64,000 nucleotides of DNA from Haliotis rubra (taxonomy: Eukaryota). The stretch spans positions 62,001-126,000 of the forward strand of contig NW_025767740.1 in assembly GCF_003918875.1 (NCBI RefSeq), written 5' to 3'. The position numbers and the translations under genes are program-made. Shown piece by piece: positions 37,637-50,387 of this stretch. How positions within the stretch are numbered: position 1 is the stretch's first letter; the number at the start of each line of letters is the position of its first letter. Under the pieces are notes generated by a model. It made no database searches and was not told the origin of the DNA. It saw only the letters and a list, made by a program, of their open reading frames with translations.

Positions 37637-38980
37637 CCCATTTTCAAGACGCATGCATACATTTGAAACTTTTATAAAGGTCTCATGGTATCCTTTGTAT
37701 TCTAAGTGTGAACGTATTTCAACACTATCATGAAAACATTTGAATAGGCTTCCCAACAAGTAACACAACTTGCAAACGCGATCTAATATTTAGATGGGAT
37801 CACAAATCACATTTCCACAGCTACACCCGTTGAGTAAAGGAAACATTCTTCATCTATTGTGGTTCATTGTGAAGGTGCACCAAAATAGATTTAAAACAAC
37901 CTGCATATTGAATACTGTCAAAGGTGTGGCATTGTACCGTGACTGAGAACAATACCCGTATGTCACCTTGCCCTTATGTTTCGTGGAAATGCTATGATTT
38001 TTTCTTCTGGAATTTGAAACATGTCATGTAACAGGTGGTATTTATCCAGTGTTGTGTTGGTCGTTGCTATGAGTCTTGTCTGAACAGTAGCAGAGATGTT
38101 GACGATGTACCCGACAGGGTTGCGAAAATCATTGGACATTGTGTCTGAAACAGATTACATATTTAGCTTTACACACCTTGGGATGATATGGTCTTTACAA
38201 TAGATTGCTGTTTATTTTTCATATCAGCCTCTTGTGACATCCCTCAAAGGGGGTTAAAGTATTGTAAAATTATTGTCCTCCTGAGAGGGCACGTAAGTCC
38301 CAAAACTTTCAAAGTAAAATTTAAACTTACCAGATTTGTTAAACGTAATAGTTTTGTTATTTTAAATTTCGGCTAAAATGTCCTACAATAGCCAGCGGCT
38401 GAAGGGATGGTGTAAACCCTACTAGGGTCCATGCAGGTAGCAAAAGTTCCCATGGTCCCTAGCATGGTGATCTACCTTCAGTTGCTGGCGACCTATAACC
38501 TGCTTTTTACATTGTATTGTCTTCGTAATTAAACTATTTTTAGATTTACATGCTAGTTTTCGACACCATTTGTGATACTGTAGTTATTTCACTGTCCTTC
38601 GATGACTGATTATTCAATAATTTATATTTTTGGTGTATGTAAAACCTTTCTCATCACTATATTGCTGGAATATTGCCGAGGTGACGTTAACATTTAACTC
38701 ACTCACTAACGCACTCTTGTGACGTCATCAGAGGCTGCTTCATTAATACCGCCCTTGGGTATATAATTAAATTGATTGAAATGGTCTGTGCTAACGAATG
38801 AAGGTTTTTGAAAATTCAGATGATACCGGTAGAATCAACTACAGTGTTTGTATGTATGGTAACAATGAACAGATTCAGATAATAAGCAAATGAACTGTCT
38901 TGCATGTCGTCAGCTAGGGTCTAATTTATTGCTTGATCTCCCAAAAATATTACTGAAAGTTTCAAGTAGAGTCTTAGATA

Positions 38981-39470
38981 TGAGGGGAGGTCAAAACGTT
39001 TTGAGAACCTGATATACAATTAACAGTCCGAGCAGATTTTGAACTTTTATTTTTCACTATAGTCTCCCTTCAGTTCAATACACTTTACCCATTTGTGCTG
39101 CAAGCTGGCAAAGTCTTTTGACTGGTCCCTAAACCAAGTTTCTGTTGTAACCTTGATTTCATCAGTGACAAATCGTCTTGCACGCAAGTGAGACTTCACA
39201 TTTCGGAACAGGTCATAATCACTGGGTAGGATTGGTCAAGATTGTACTCGTGGACTCTACTTCCTCACCCTCTAGTGTGAGCTCTGCACTTAGTTTTAGA
39301 ATCAGTAGGGCGTCTCTCTTCCATTTATCACAATATTAATACTGTTTGTTGCGAGGCGTTGAAACGTTCACAAGTATCTCCTGAATAATCAATGTATGCA
39401 AAACTACTATTGGCATAGCTGTTTCAAAACTTTAGGTAGTGAGTTCTCAAAACCTTTTGACCTCTCCTCG
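38981..39470 (-). mobile_element. Mariner (DD34D-type) deletion derivative
   Basis: TIRs (t/c)gagg(g/a)gaggtcaaaa(c/g)gttttgagaac. TA TSD at 38979-80 and 39471-72. Minus strand reads PSDYDLFRNVKSHLRARRF..KWVKCIELKGDYSEK*. Confidence 0.88.
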
Positions 39471-40269
39471 TACATAGACCCAGGAAAACCTTTGTTCGTT
39501 GTTGAATTTATGTATTGGTAGATACCAGTGAGTGAAATAATTCAAACCAGCTGGATATATTGCTTCATTTATTGCTTCATTGCTTCATTGATGTTCAGTC
39601 TATGATGTGACATGATTACCTTCTTCAGTTTTCCATTCACATAATTTCCACAAATATTTGGAGTATTAAGCCTATTTTGACCCACCCCGAGTAATTTCAA
39701 ACTTCCTAATGTATCTGTAAGTAACCAGACAACCCAGTGACTGACATCATGCGCTTCAAGCTACACAGTTTGGATATGACGACATGCATCAACCAAGTCA
39801 GAGACCCTGACAACCAAATCCTGTTATTTGCCTCTTAAGTCAAGCATGGATTACTGAAGACAAATTCTAATTATATGGGATCTTCATGGGTCATCAAGTC
39901 ACATCTTATGACATGCATAGACTACTGTGGACTCATTTTAGCCTGCACTATTTATAGTAAACATGGTAACCTGTTTGTGTGTGTTTTAGTAGACAGAGAT
40001 AACCTTCTTCCTTTTATGCAAATTTGATCAAGAAATAGTTTGATAGTATTGTTCTGCCTTCAATAATGAAAGTTAAAGTTGTTGGTTATTGTGACTGTTT
40101 AAATGCTTTAATATCGGAAACAAGCAGTGAGGATTTTGGTGAGGTATCCACCACGAGCAGGGTAAGTCAAGGTAGGTCGTGGTTATACAAAACCAAATGT
40201 TTGTTTATATTTGTTTTAAAATAACTAAGAAGTCAACATTCTTGAGAGGCATTTAGAAGTTGGTGAATA

Positions 40270-40413
40270 TATAAGACGAGTATATGGGTGTCGTCTTCTT
40301 TATTGTATAACACAACGATTCTAGGCTACTTCTTGAAGAAGGGACAAGAAGTAGCCAAGAAATATTGTGTTATACAATAAAGAAGACGTTGCCATCCATA
40401 TACTCGTCTTATA
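40270..40413. repeat. Near-perfect 144 bp palindrome (fold-back, MITE-like insertion)
   Basis: Arms of about 66-69 bp (tataagacgagtatatgg..ggctacttcttg) around a 9 nt loop aagaaggga. Confidence 0.85.
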
Positions 40414-40430
40414 CAAGAACTCAACAGTTG

Positions 40431-40453
40431 TTATCCCCCGCAACGCGTTTTGC

Positions 40454-40500
<47 letters not shown>

Positions 40501-40988
40501 TAAAATGGACTCCGTCCGTCCTTCCGTGTGTGCGTCCGTGCACATTTGTCTTTTCCGGAGCATAACTCTAAAAACGTTCAATATTTCTTCCCGAAGAATG
40601 CCATTGTAGTACTCTTTTCCGGAGACTCACTTTAAAACTGTTCACTGTTTCTTCACCAAATTTCATACATAGGTAGGTCTAGTGGTGAACTGGTGCCTTT
40701 TGGTAGTTTTGGATTTCTGAATAAAATAAACAAAATTGTGTGTTTCCATGGCAACAATTTTGACTTCAACTGAATTTGATGGTAGTGCTCCTTTCTGGAG
40801 CAGAAATATTGCCGATGTGACGTTAAATAATAACTCACTCACTCTGGAGCAGAACTTTGAAACCTTTCAGTACTCTACTTCCACTTCTATATACACGCCA
40901 ACACATTTGACATAGTCATAACTCGTAGACATATTCATTAAGAGTATTTTGCCATTGCGGGGGATATTGATGACTTTGTCTTCTTGTT
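40431..40988 (+). mobile_element. Non-autonomous Helentron-type (HINE/DINE-like) element containing (GT)n
   Basis: 5' ttatcccccgcaa and 3' ttgcgggggata subterminal inverted repeats, (GT)n plus GTCC microsatellite, tandem ttccggagca.. cores, 3' stem then ttgtt. Inserted at TT relative to the paralogous empty site near 61125. Confidence 0.75.
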
Positions 40989-42989
40989 GCATGTACATGT
41001 GGGTATAGTCTGGCAATAGCAATAAAAACCAGAGATCATACCAGAAATCATCCACGTATCGGCAGGTGGCCTCTGAGCAAAAGCAAAAGAAGAGCACAGA
41101 ATAGCAACATACACTGGGATGACCTCATAGTGATTGTATTCACAAACCTGAACTGCTGGTACTTAATTTGTCGACATTACACAAGATTCATAAAGAAACT
41201 GGTGGTCACAAAAATGGTTTGCCACTCGATGGTATGGGTTAATAGGACTGCTTGTTTATTACTTTTAGCCAAATTTTGACACTTGACTGCTTTTAACCAG
41301 AGGCAATTAATATGATTCTCAAAAGTTCTTCATCTACTTGACCAAAACGAACATGATGCTTTATCCGTCTAGTAAGATCTAGATCTATGGATAAAAATAC
41401 CCTTGTCTGTTATTAGCTGTTTCAGCAGGCGTCTCTGTGATTGACATGTACATGAAATATCGTGCCAGTACTGAAGTGTATGCAATGACATATCAGTCTA
41501 AATCTTTTCCATAAGTTATTCATTAAAACCGTTATTGTTAATGTTAAAGTGTATGTTATGGATCTAGTAACTTGATTATTACTTACCTATTGCTGGATCA
41601 CAGGATTTCAGGTATCATACGCTTTTGGATGACAGTGTTATGACAACGGTTGTTGCATCACACCGACATTGTAAATTCTTGGATGATGGCTTATGTTTTA
41701 GGATAAAGTTATCTGTTATTAGTTAGAGAGCTGTTTTATGGTCATTTCTGTAATTAGAAATATAACACTGAATGTTTAGGTGTCCGAAAAACCGTTAAAT
41801 TGGTCTGTATCATCTATGATATGGACACCTATTTAATTTTTGACACAAAAGACAATTTACTGTCTATAGCCTTCAGATTGATTATTGTGTGAACATGACA
41901 TTCAATTTAAACTTGAAATGATAATGATTGAATTGTGCGCATGTGTAAATCTGGTCTCGTTGCTATATGGCTGAAATAATACCGATGCGATGTAAAAGAC
42001 TTATGCAATATACATTGTATACTGGTTGCTGTTTAACTTTGTTTTCATCATCAGATTGGCAGAAACACCTTCCCATGAAGTGAATTCCAAGACAGGAAGA
42101 TGAATACCTCTGCTGTGTTTACGTGTTTGTTAATTGTCTTCATGGACTTGACAAATCAAGGTATGACGATGGCAGCAAAGGATATAAACTCATGGTCGAC
42201 AGATCAGAAATGCCAAGATATGGCAGATGCTGGAAAAATGCCATGATAACAATGCAAAATGGCTGCAAGAATCTCACAGGCAAAGCCCAAAGTCGGCTAT
42301 CCTTGGCCTACCTCAACTGTTTCCTGGAATTTCAAGGTCGAGACGTGTATAAGTGTGACGTTGATCAACCGTTTCATGAATGTACAAAAAAAAATGCTGG
42401 ATGTGGACAGAGGTTCATTTACAACCTTTTTCACACACACTCTAAATATATGTTACTTTCTTCAGGCGCAAATATGGCATGAGGAAACAGAGAACACAAT
42501 TGGTCGACTTTCTAACAGTTCGTCTCAGGTAGCATCGAAACTAAAAGATTCCTACAAGCTACAGAATGAAGTACTAAAAACAACAGGAGGAAAGCATAAA
42601 AAATCAAGAAACGATCATGAACAAGGCTTCAAATTTGAGTAAGATCATTTCCGCCTCGTCTGACGACATTCGTGAGATGTTCAAGGACTTCAATGAGACA
42701 ACACAGAAACACCGTGTACTCATCACTCACGTGTTTGATCGTGTTACCGAATTATAGTTCTTGGCTTATGGAGGAATTTCAAGTTTTCAGTCCATTGTGT
42801 TCTATATCCTGTTGATAATTGGGTCGTGTCTGTTGACGTCATCTTCTTGGACAAGCAGCGAGAGGCTCTGTTTGTTGGGACTGGTGATAGGGAATATCAT
42901 TGTAGAACGGATGGGTTGTCTTCATGAGGCCTTGTATTTTTAGAAATCTACCGTTTCTAGTCTTTCAGAATGAGGAGGTATGTGCTGAC

Positions 42990-43140
42990 ATGTGAGTGCG
43001 TGAGTGCGTACGGTGTTTTGCCTCTTTAAGCAATATTCCAGCATGAAATGGGCTTCACACATTATACCCATACATGAATCGAGCCTGGGTCTTCGGCGCG
43101 ACGAGCGAACGCTCTAATCACTACGGTACCCCACCGCGCC
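42990..43140 (-). mobile_element. SINE family A, intronic
   Basis: Family A head and body on the minus strand. Confidence 0.75.
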
Positions 43141-43789
43141 TATGCTGACATGTTCCTGAGATAATCTTTTCAAGTCCAGTTGAACTACACACAAGGAAAT
43201 ACACACATTAATACTTTTCTCATCTCTAACAACGAATAGTGATGGCTATCGCTCACAACATGCAGATCGATAATCGGAATTCAGTCATCGATCAATAATC
43301 GATTGTAATTGTAAAGCCCACCACAGAACTCATGTGGGCCAAAACGGCACACAATCACAACAAACGAAACAGGCACCTATTAATAATAATAATATCGAAG
43401 ATCGATTATACTTCAAGTTAAGACACACACGCAAATTGCAATTGGTTGTTTACATTGCAGTTTAATGACTCAGGAAAATGCTTTCATTGTTCATGTCTTA
43501 ATATAACAAACATAACGATTAGAAACATACTTTCTAAATTTAGTTTTGATGTTTCATTTTTTATAAATATTGATTAGTCCCCTGAGCTCATTGATAATCG
43601 CTGACACAAGCAACGTCGATCAATTGACCAATTATTTGATCAATCGCTTCAGCACTATGAAATACCCAGTGAGAAATAATGCATGTCACTCAATTCTTGG
43701 TGGTTGGTGTGGGCACAGGATAGTGTCTCTCTAACGCTCAGGCGACAGGTTTCTCCAGACGTGGACCTGATTGGTACGATTGGTGGAGG

Positions 43790-44518
43790 AAATACATCCG
43801 CGGACATCATAACACCTCCTACATGTTCATAACGTTCATGGACCCGCCTGGAGACAATGTTTCTTCCGTCATGTCTCTGCAGTAAGTAGGAACCTGGATT
43901 CGTCACTAAACCAAATGCGTGGACAGTTCCGTAGGTTCCAGGTAGTCATATTGTTAAACCAACGGAGACGTTGAGCGCGATGGTGACGACGTAGCACGGA
44001 CCTGGCGTAGGGTCTCCTGGCTCTCAGTCCAATCTCTCTCAACCTGTTCCGAACAGAAATCCTCCGATATCCTACGAAGTCCAGACACCCTGGTTGCTGC
44101 ACTCTCACCCGTGGCAGTACTATCACGCAAATATAGTACCCGGATGTACCGATCTTGGGTTGCAGTGGTGACTCGAGGTACGGAAACCCCTTCCTGTACG
44201 GTGACAGTCATTTGTTATGCCAGTTTGGTTGTAACGAGCTGCAAGACTTGATATCATGGTCTCACTTACATTCAGATGCTTGGTAACAGAAGATTGTGAC
44301 TCTCCAGCCTGCATTCTTCCAATGGCGATGGTGCGTGTCACAGCGCAAGACATGGCACAGTGATTTGAAAGTTTTTCTTATAGATTTCTGAAAGATATTT
44401 TTACACGTGAAATTGTGTAATATCGTGTTATCAACACTTTTGTTAGATATTTTGACGATTGTTTGAACACAATTAATTAGAACAGGTAATTGATAGATTT
44501 TTCTTTTTTGGGATAGTA
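43790..44518 (-). mobile_element. Truncated Tc1 transposon (different family from 605-1945)
   Basis: AIGRMQAGESQSSV.., RVTTATQDRYIR, VRNRLREIGLRARRPY, WFSDESRF. One TIR-like end tactatcccaaaaaagaaa with TA at 44519-20. Confidence 0.82.
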
Positions 44519-46014
44519 TATTAAGTCCAGCATGTCAAGTATTGTTACATTTTGCTGTCCCGTTGAATGGAATTTTGCCAAGCTGAAAGTTTGCTGACTT
44601 CACAGGGACTATTTTAGTCACATCGCCATTCCTTTTTATTGAAGAGTACTTTGTAAGATGCACGTAGTGTTTCCTGTTCCAGGAGATGATATATGGTAGT
44701 CAGCTTCTAGTTCGATTGGGTTCGGTCCTTATTGGGTTCATCATCCTCCTTGGCTTCTCCGTTTTCTTCAAGGACCCGAACACCATCAACAACCAACCTC
44801 TGGAGGAGATCCGGAAAGAGATCTCATATATCAGGGGCTGTCTCAGAATATCAGGTTAACCGTAAGTGCTTGAAACAATATATTTAATACCTTTATGGCA
44901 AGATTAGTTTTATACCTTGCCTTACAGATAAAGGGCTGTAGTTGAAAATAATGTCGGTTGCTGTTTAGAGTTAGCTACCTTTGTTCTGGTAGGACACACT
45001 GCTCATGGTTACAGACCACCGCCAAATGGTTGGATTATTGCTGAATGCGGTGTTTGTTTAACAAACAACCAATTCATGAGAACAACTTGAACTTTGTTGT
45101 CAACTTGAACTTTGTTAACATTCTCCTGACAAGGTTAGCTATGTTGTCACTGTAATGTGCGAAATCATCCATTGGATCCTATCACATTCTAAGGTGACAT
45201 CACGTTTCACGGATGTGAGAGTTCATATTAGAAGAGAGAGTATTTCAGAAACTTTGGTATTTAACAGTGTTGATGAACATGTGTTTTCAGCATGTATGTT
45301 CAGATTTGTGGGTTTTGCTGATATTGATTCCTAGAAAATTACCATTTCAAACCTCCAACCAATCCTGTTGGCTCTAAATGGAACGTCCAGGTATCAAATA
45401 CCCAATGAAAGAAGCAAATGCAAAGCACACATGCATTTATCTCCTAAATGGTTGTTTTGATTGGCAGAATCAAGCAGCAACACTCAACACATGTCAACCC
45501 AGGGTGAAGAGGGAGTCGAAGCTGACTGTGAGTAGCTGTTACTTCTTTGTCAGAACATATAGTGATAGATTACCACGGTTACAGATTCGTGTGAGTGTTT
45601 TTGAGAATCGGGTCCAAAAGTCAATTTCCTCTCTTTAAAACTTTGGATTTACACATTTAACAACTCTAATCTGGACAGTAGGCTTCCACTAAATGGTTCC
45701 ACTGTCCTGTTAACCATGTATCCTCACGGGTAATGATGCCATCTCTTTGCCTTTTTATAATGACGGGTTTTACTGCAATTTTTAGCTTTCTCTCAGACCT
45801 CAAAATCACTCAGATACCTTGATACTGTGTTACATGATACATAATGTTACGTGTTTATAACATCTTTGTGTGAGAGTTGATAAGTACTGTTTTGGGGTTA
45901 AATAAATACTTGTTTAATTGGAATTCTTGACATGGTTTTCTCACCAGTGATGAAGGAAATACATCATAACAAGTTTCTTGTATCATGTGCCTTTGGAATA
46001 CCAAAGGACGTTAA

Positions 46015-46178
46015 AGTTAGTGAGTTCGTCTGCTTTCACGCCGCTTTGAGCAATATTCCAGCTACATCGCGTCAGGGGACACTGGAAATGGGATTCACAA
46101 ATTGTACCCGTGTGGGGAATCGAACCCGGATTTTCAGCGTGGCGAGCGAACGCTTTAAATACTAGGCTACCCCACCGA
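46015..46178 (-). mobile_element. SINE family A
   Basis: A and B boxes with the family A body. Confidence 0.8.
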
Positions 46179-46602
46179 CAGGTCATTAAAGGTTAATACT
46201 TGTTGTTTCTCTGTCTGGCACTGGGCATTATGGGAATACAACAAGATCTGTTTTTAGTCTGTGTACTGTGTCTAAGTGTCTGTGTCATGTTAAACTGCAG
46301 CTGGTATCACACTGGACAAAGCAAACGAAACAGACTGATCCCAAGAAGCCACACACAGACATATATGCACATCATTAAGTAAGTTCTAAAATCATGAAAA
46401 TGATGTTAAACCCAATTCAGTCTGCCCAAAGAACATTATGTTACTATGGTTACCATCATTTACCTTTTACATGTTTTAGCATTGTTTCCTCCTAGATTCA
46501 CCAGCGAAGGCATCCCCGTCATCAACTTCAGCAAAGGTACAGAAATTCAGCTTGTACATTGGGTTTATATGTGTCACAGAATTCGATATTGTTTGGCAAA
46601 GG

Positions 46603-46791
46603 NNNNNNNNNNNNNNNNNNNNNNNNNNNNNNNNNNNNNNNNNNNNNNNNNNNNNNNNNNNNNNNNNNNNNNNNNNNNNNNNNNNNNNNNNNNNNNNNNN
46701 NNNNNNNNNNNNNNNNNNNNNNNNNNNNNNNNNNNNNNNNNNNNNNNNNNNNNNNNNNNNNNNNNNNNNNNNNNNNNNNNNNNNNNNNNNN
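46603..46791. other. Assembly gap
   Basis: Run of N. Confidence 1.
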
Positions 46792-48598
46792 TGACTTTAA
46801 TCACATGTTCTTAGTGAATGAATATATGCCCTGGGGTCACCGGCAAAAGTTTGTTCAGACACTAGTGTATGTAGTTTGTGCAGACCAAGATAGCATTTCT
46901 TTTATGAAATTCTTGGCAAGAAATATAAGATAATTATCAAATCTTACAGAACAGTATTCTACGCGACATACTTCCTTTCAGAACCCTCAAACCATTTTTG
47001 AAAGTCAAGGTAAAACCACGGTGTCAGGCTTACTGATTGGGTTGATAGATGTAAGTGTATGACACATGCCGATCAATGCTCGAGATGTCAATTGTTAGGT
47101 CAAGGTTTGTTTTCATACAGGTTTAGCTCAACTATTTTTGAATATTTCATCAAGAACATTGAGAACCATAATAATGCTGATCGCTCATTTCAGTGATCCA
47201 TTATTCTCTTTGTCAGTATGTAATTGCATTGTTCCTGTGCCATTTGTTTTCCAGGCATCCAATTCTGAAGCACCAAGATACCATCTTCGACCTCGAAACC
47301 CGTCCCCGCCAGTCCAAGCCCAGTGCTCAGTGGGGAATCTCTATTTAAAACTTCTCCAAGATTGTCGCCATTTTGAACAAAACACAAAGAAAAATGGCAT
47401 TCTTGCTCGAGCTGTTTTAGCGGAAAAGAATTGACTGATTCAGTAGCCGATAGACTTTCATTAATCATTTAAAGGATTAATTATGTTGTGTTGTGATTTG
47501 CTTTCTGGAAAGTCAACAGGTCGTATTTGTAAGAAACAGAGAGATCTTGCAAAGTTTTTGAAAATGAATGGTTTAAGCATAAAATGCTTAAATAGTTATA
47601 TAGGGAATTGTGAATATAATTCTTTTTAGTGGAAGACAATCTTTTAGAACCATCCTCTAGCTTTTTGACTTTATACATTCAACATCGTGAAAACGTGTAC
47701 AGAAATGGTGCTTAAATGTTGAATTTCATGATCCTGGACACTGATGGATACATTCTTTGATATTGTATGCTTTATCTCGGGCTCTAGAATAGACGATAAA
47801 TCAGTGATGTTGGTAATGATTTCAAACTGATATGTGGCGTCTCAATAATGTGTGTCACTGTAAGTTTGAACAGAACTGTGAAACTTAACTCTTGTCGTGC
47901 CATCTTGTACGTTGTCTTCACATGTGTGTATGATTGTCCTAGATGTGTGTAACATTTGGAATGGGACATAGTCTTCTCATTTACTGAAGTAACTTCAAAA
48001 CAATTGTTCTGAATATCTTGTCATATTTTTACATGAATCTAGATAAGTGTTCTGCACGTTGTTTATATTAGATATAAGTATTTTGCACACTTTGTCATGT
48101 TTATGGAGTAAAATAATATGCATGAAGTCAGTTGTTGTACTCATGTTTAGCATCATGGTATTTATATAATAGCTGAATCAGCAGTATTTATGGTTTGTAC
48201 TTTTGTTTCACAGAAAATATATTTATACACACTTGTCAATGTATATACAAAGGTTGCTAAAAGAAGTTTGATAATCTCAAGTTGAATGGAGTGATTGTAT
48301 AAAATATCCATGCTAATCTCACCTGAGAGTTATATGAATAGGTGAGCAACAGTGCTGCACTATTTAACATTTGTATCTTGAAACATTGTGCTGATAAGTA
48401 TTGTCATTACTCACATGTTGTTTGTGTTGTAAATTTGTAAATAAAACTTTAAAACCTGAGTATGTTAGTAATCTTTCCATGAGATGAACAAAGGACACTG
48501 CATCATCTGACATCAGTTTGGTAGCCCGAGAGGTTCGAATCCAATATTCAATATGGCTACCATTAGTTGATGATGCAAACATCGTTACACCACCAGCA

Positions 48599-49080
48599 CT
48601 GAAGATCCAGGTTAGAATTGGTCTTCAGCATCCCGTGCTTGTAGGAAGAGGCAACTAACGGAATCGGGTTATCAGACTTGCTGACTTGGTTGACACGCCA
48701 CCGTATCCCTATTGCGTAGATCGATGCTCATGCTGTTCATCATAGGATTGTCTGGTCCAGACTCGATTATTTACAGACAGCCGACATATAGCTGCAATAT
48801 TGCTGGGTGCAGCGTTAAACATTCACTCACTGACTACGAAGAATAACAGTGTCGGAGTATGTGGCTCTAGCCCGATGACAGCGATGTGTACAATTTAACC
48901 ACGGATCAAATATGGAAGGTAGCCTACTAGTTAAAGGTTTGCTCGTCACGCCGACGACCCGGGTTCGATTCCCCACATGAGTACAATGCGTGAAGCGCAT
49001 TTCTGGTGTTCCATGCCGTGATATTGCTGGAATATTGCTAAAAGCGGAGTAAAACCCATCTCACTCACTAATTCACTCAC
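48599..49080 (+). mobile_element. Adjacent SINEs: family B (48599-48832) and family A (48917-49080)
   Basis: Match the two window consensuses. Confidence 0.78.
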
Positions 49081-50387
49081 TCTCAACAGATTAACTGACC
49101 ATCTTCTAAGTGCATCTAGTATCTTCGGTGTCTTTGTGATCAGCCATGGTCTGGCCTGGTAGCAAATGTAAGAATTTCACTATCTATTCAGTGTACTCAA
49201 ACTGAAGAGAGAACAATATGGCTATATGAATATCAGTCGTGGTTTCTGTGTTCCATGGCGAATCTTAAAAACGACCCATTCCGAACAGAACTGAAGACTG
49301 GCTGATGGCACCCATGTAGGTAAGATGTGTTAGTCTATTAATGGCTAAGACTGTGTTAGTGTACATCAGGGTGATCCTTCAGTGTTTGGGTAAATATCGG
49401 TTTTACTACGCAACTCATTCATTCAAATAACTGGTCACTTTTACTCAAACTGGTCACCAGACAACGGACGTAAAGCTATTTACAAAGACATTGATGTTGT
49501 TCTGTCTATTTATTCACATTTCTAAATATTTAAAATGCAAGTGATAAAATGTTTGTCAACATAGCATTTGCAGCGATGGAAAGGCGCGCAACAAGGACTG
49601 AAGAGTTACCTCCCTTCCACCCCCGCACACTCTCAGAACTTGACATTTTAGTAAAAAAACGTAGAAGTTCGTAATCAACACATCATCTCCATCCCATTAC
49701 AACAAACGATGAAAGTTTGCATTTTCGCAATAAATCTCTTACTTCACATTAATAAATTTGACGAAGGCTCATACCTAAAGGGTATTTGACTTCGCCCATT
49801 CTTTAGCAAATGTTACTGACTATGCAATCATTAATCAAAAGCTCAATGCATCACTGCATTTCTCTTGGACTGTATTCCAGTATATTTATCCTACGTGTGT
49901 TGCCATTCCACACAGTAAAGATTTATTTCTGTTTAATTTCAAACAGAAGTTGAACAGCTCGCTGTTGGTTGGTTTGGTTTACTGAACGAAGCGGACGTAA
50001 TATGTATATTTGTCATAGGGGTATTTCATCTCCAGTGAAAGGAATATTTGGGTCAGAATGAAAAGTAATACCTTGCAAAATCTCTGACAAAAGCTTTATA
50101 TACTTAACATCATTAGAAACTTGAAATCCATATTATTGGTCATTATTAAGAATGGGTTATTCGCTGTAGTTTCTTTTTGTATGAAACACAACAGTCACGA
50201 GCGACTGCACGTGAATTGAAATGCAAGCGCACAGACATTTCAAAGTAGGAAAACCCATTCAAACTGTAAGTTTAATCTATGTAAGGCGTGCATGCCGCGT
50301 CTCACAAGTCATCAATGCGAGCCTAGCATGGGTAGGTTTGATGCAGGACAATCTGTTGCAACAGGTGCATGAGCCAAGAGCTGTGGT

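Larger units (their letters stand above)
35871..39720. repeat. Locally amplified complex repeat, paralogous to 54100-60440
   Basis: ttgaaaattcagatga..ggtagaatca motif at about 35871 and 38808. Shared downstream blocks. Confidence 0.8.
39475..41040 (+). pseudogene. Relic of a third sacsin 5' region (upstream sequence, first exon, start of intron 1)
   Basis: Colinear with 60215-61180. Acceptor cag changed to cgg and the ATG is deleted (gggtaagtcaaggtaggtcg vs gggtaatcATGagtcgaggtaggtcg). Confidence 0.75.
42100..47434 (+). pseudogene. GEX1/Kar5/brambleberry-like membrane protein gene, damaged. Predicted exons 42100-42977, 44683-44854, 45468-45527, 46496-46536, (gap), 46982-47009, 47255-47434.
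   Basis: Signal-peptide-like start; Cys-rich domain RYGRCW..GCKNL..LSLAYLNCFL..GRDVYKC..HECT..FFTHTLNICYFLQ..W..TENTI; coiled coil; three hydrophobic segments; low-complexity tail. Several indels and an in-frame TAG at 42755. The small 3' exons are less certain. Confidence 0.72.

Noticed and set aside
42100-42977. Processed retrocopy of a GEX1-like gene
   Set aside because: A donor at 42978 and a phase-compatible downstream exon encoding the third TM segment indicate an intron-containing gene.
43237-43657. hAT-like MITE (tagtgatg..cagcacta ends, atcgat-rich subtermini)
   Set aside because: Terminal match is short and no 8 bp TSD was found, so it is not listed as a feature.
46446-46933. ORFs spanning the N run
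   Set aside because: Artefacts of the assembly gap.
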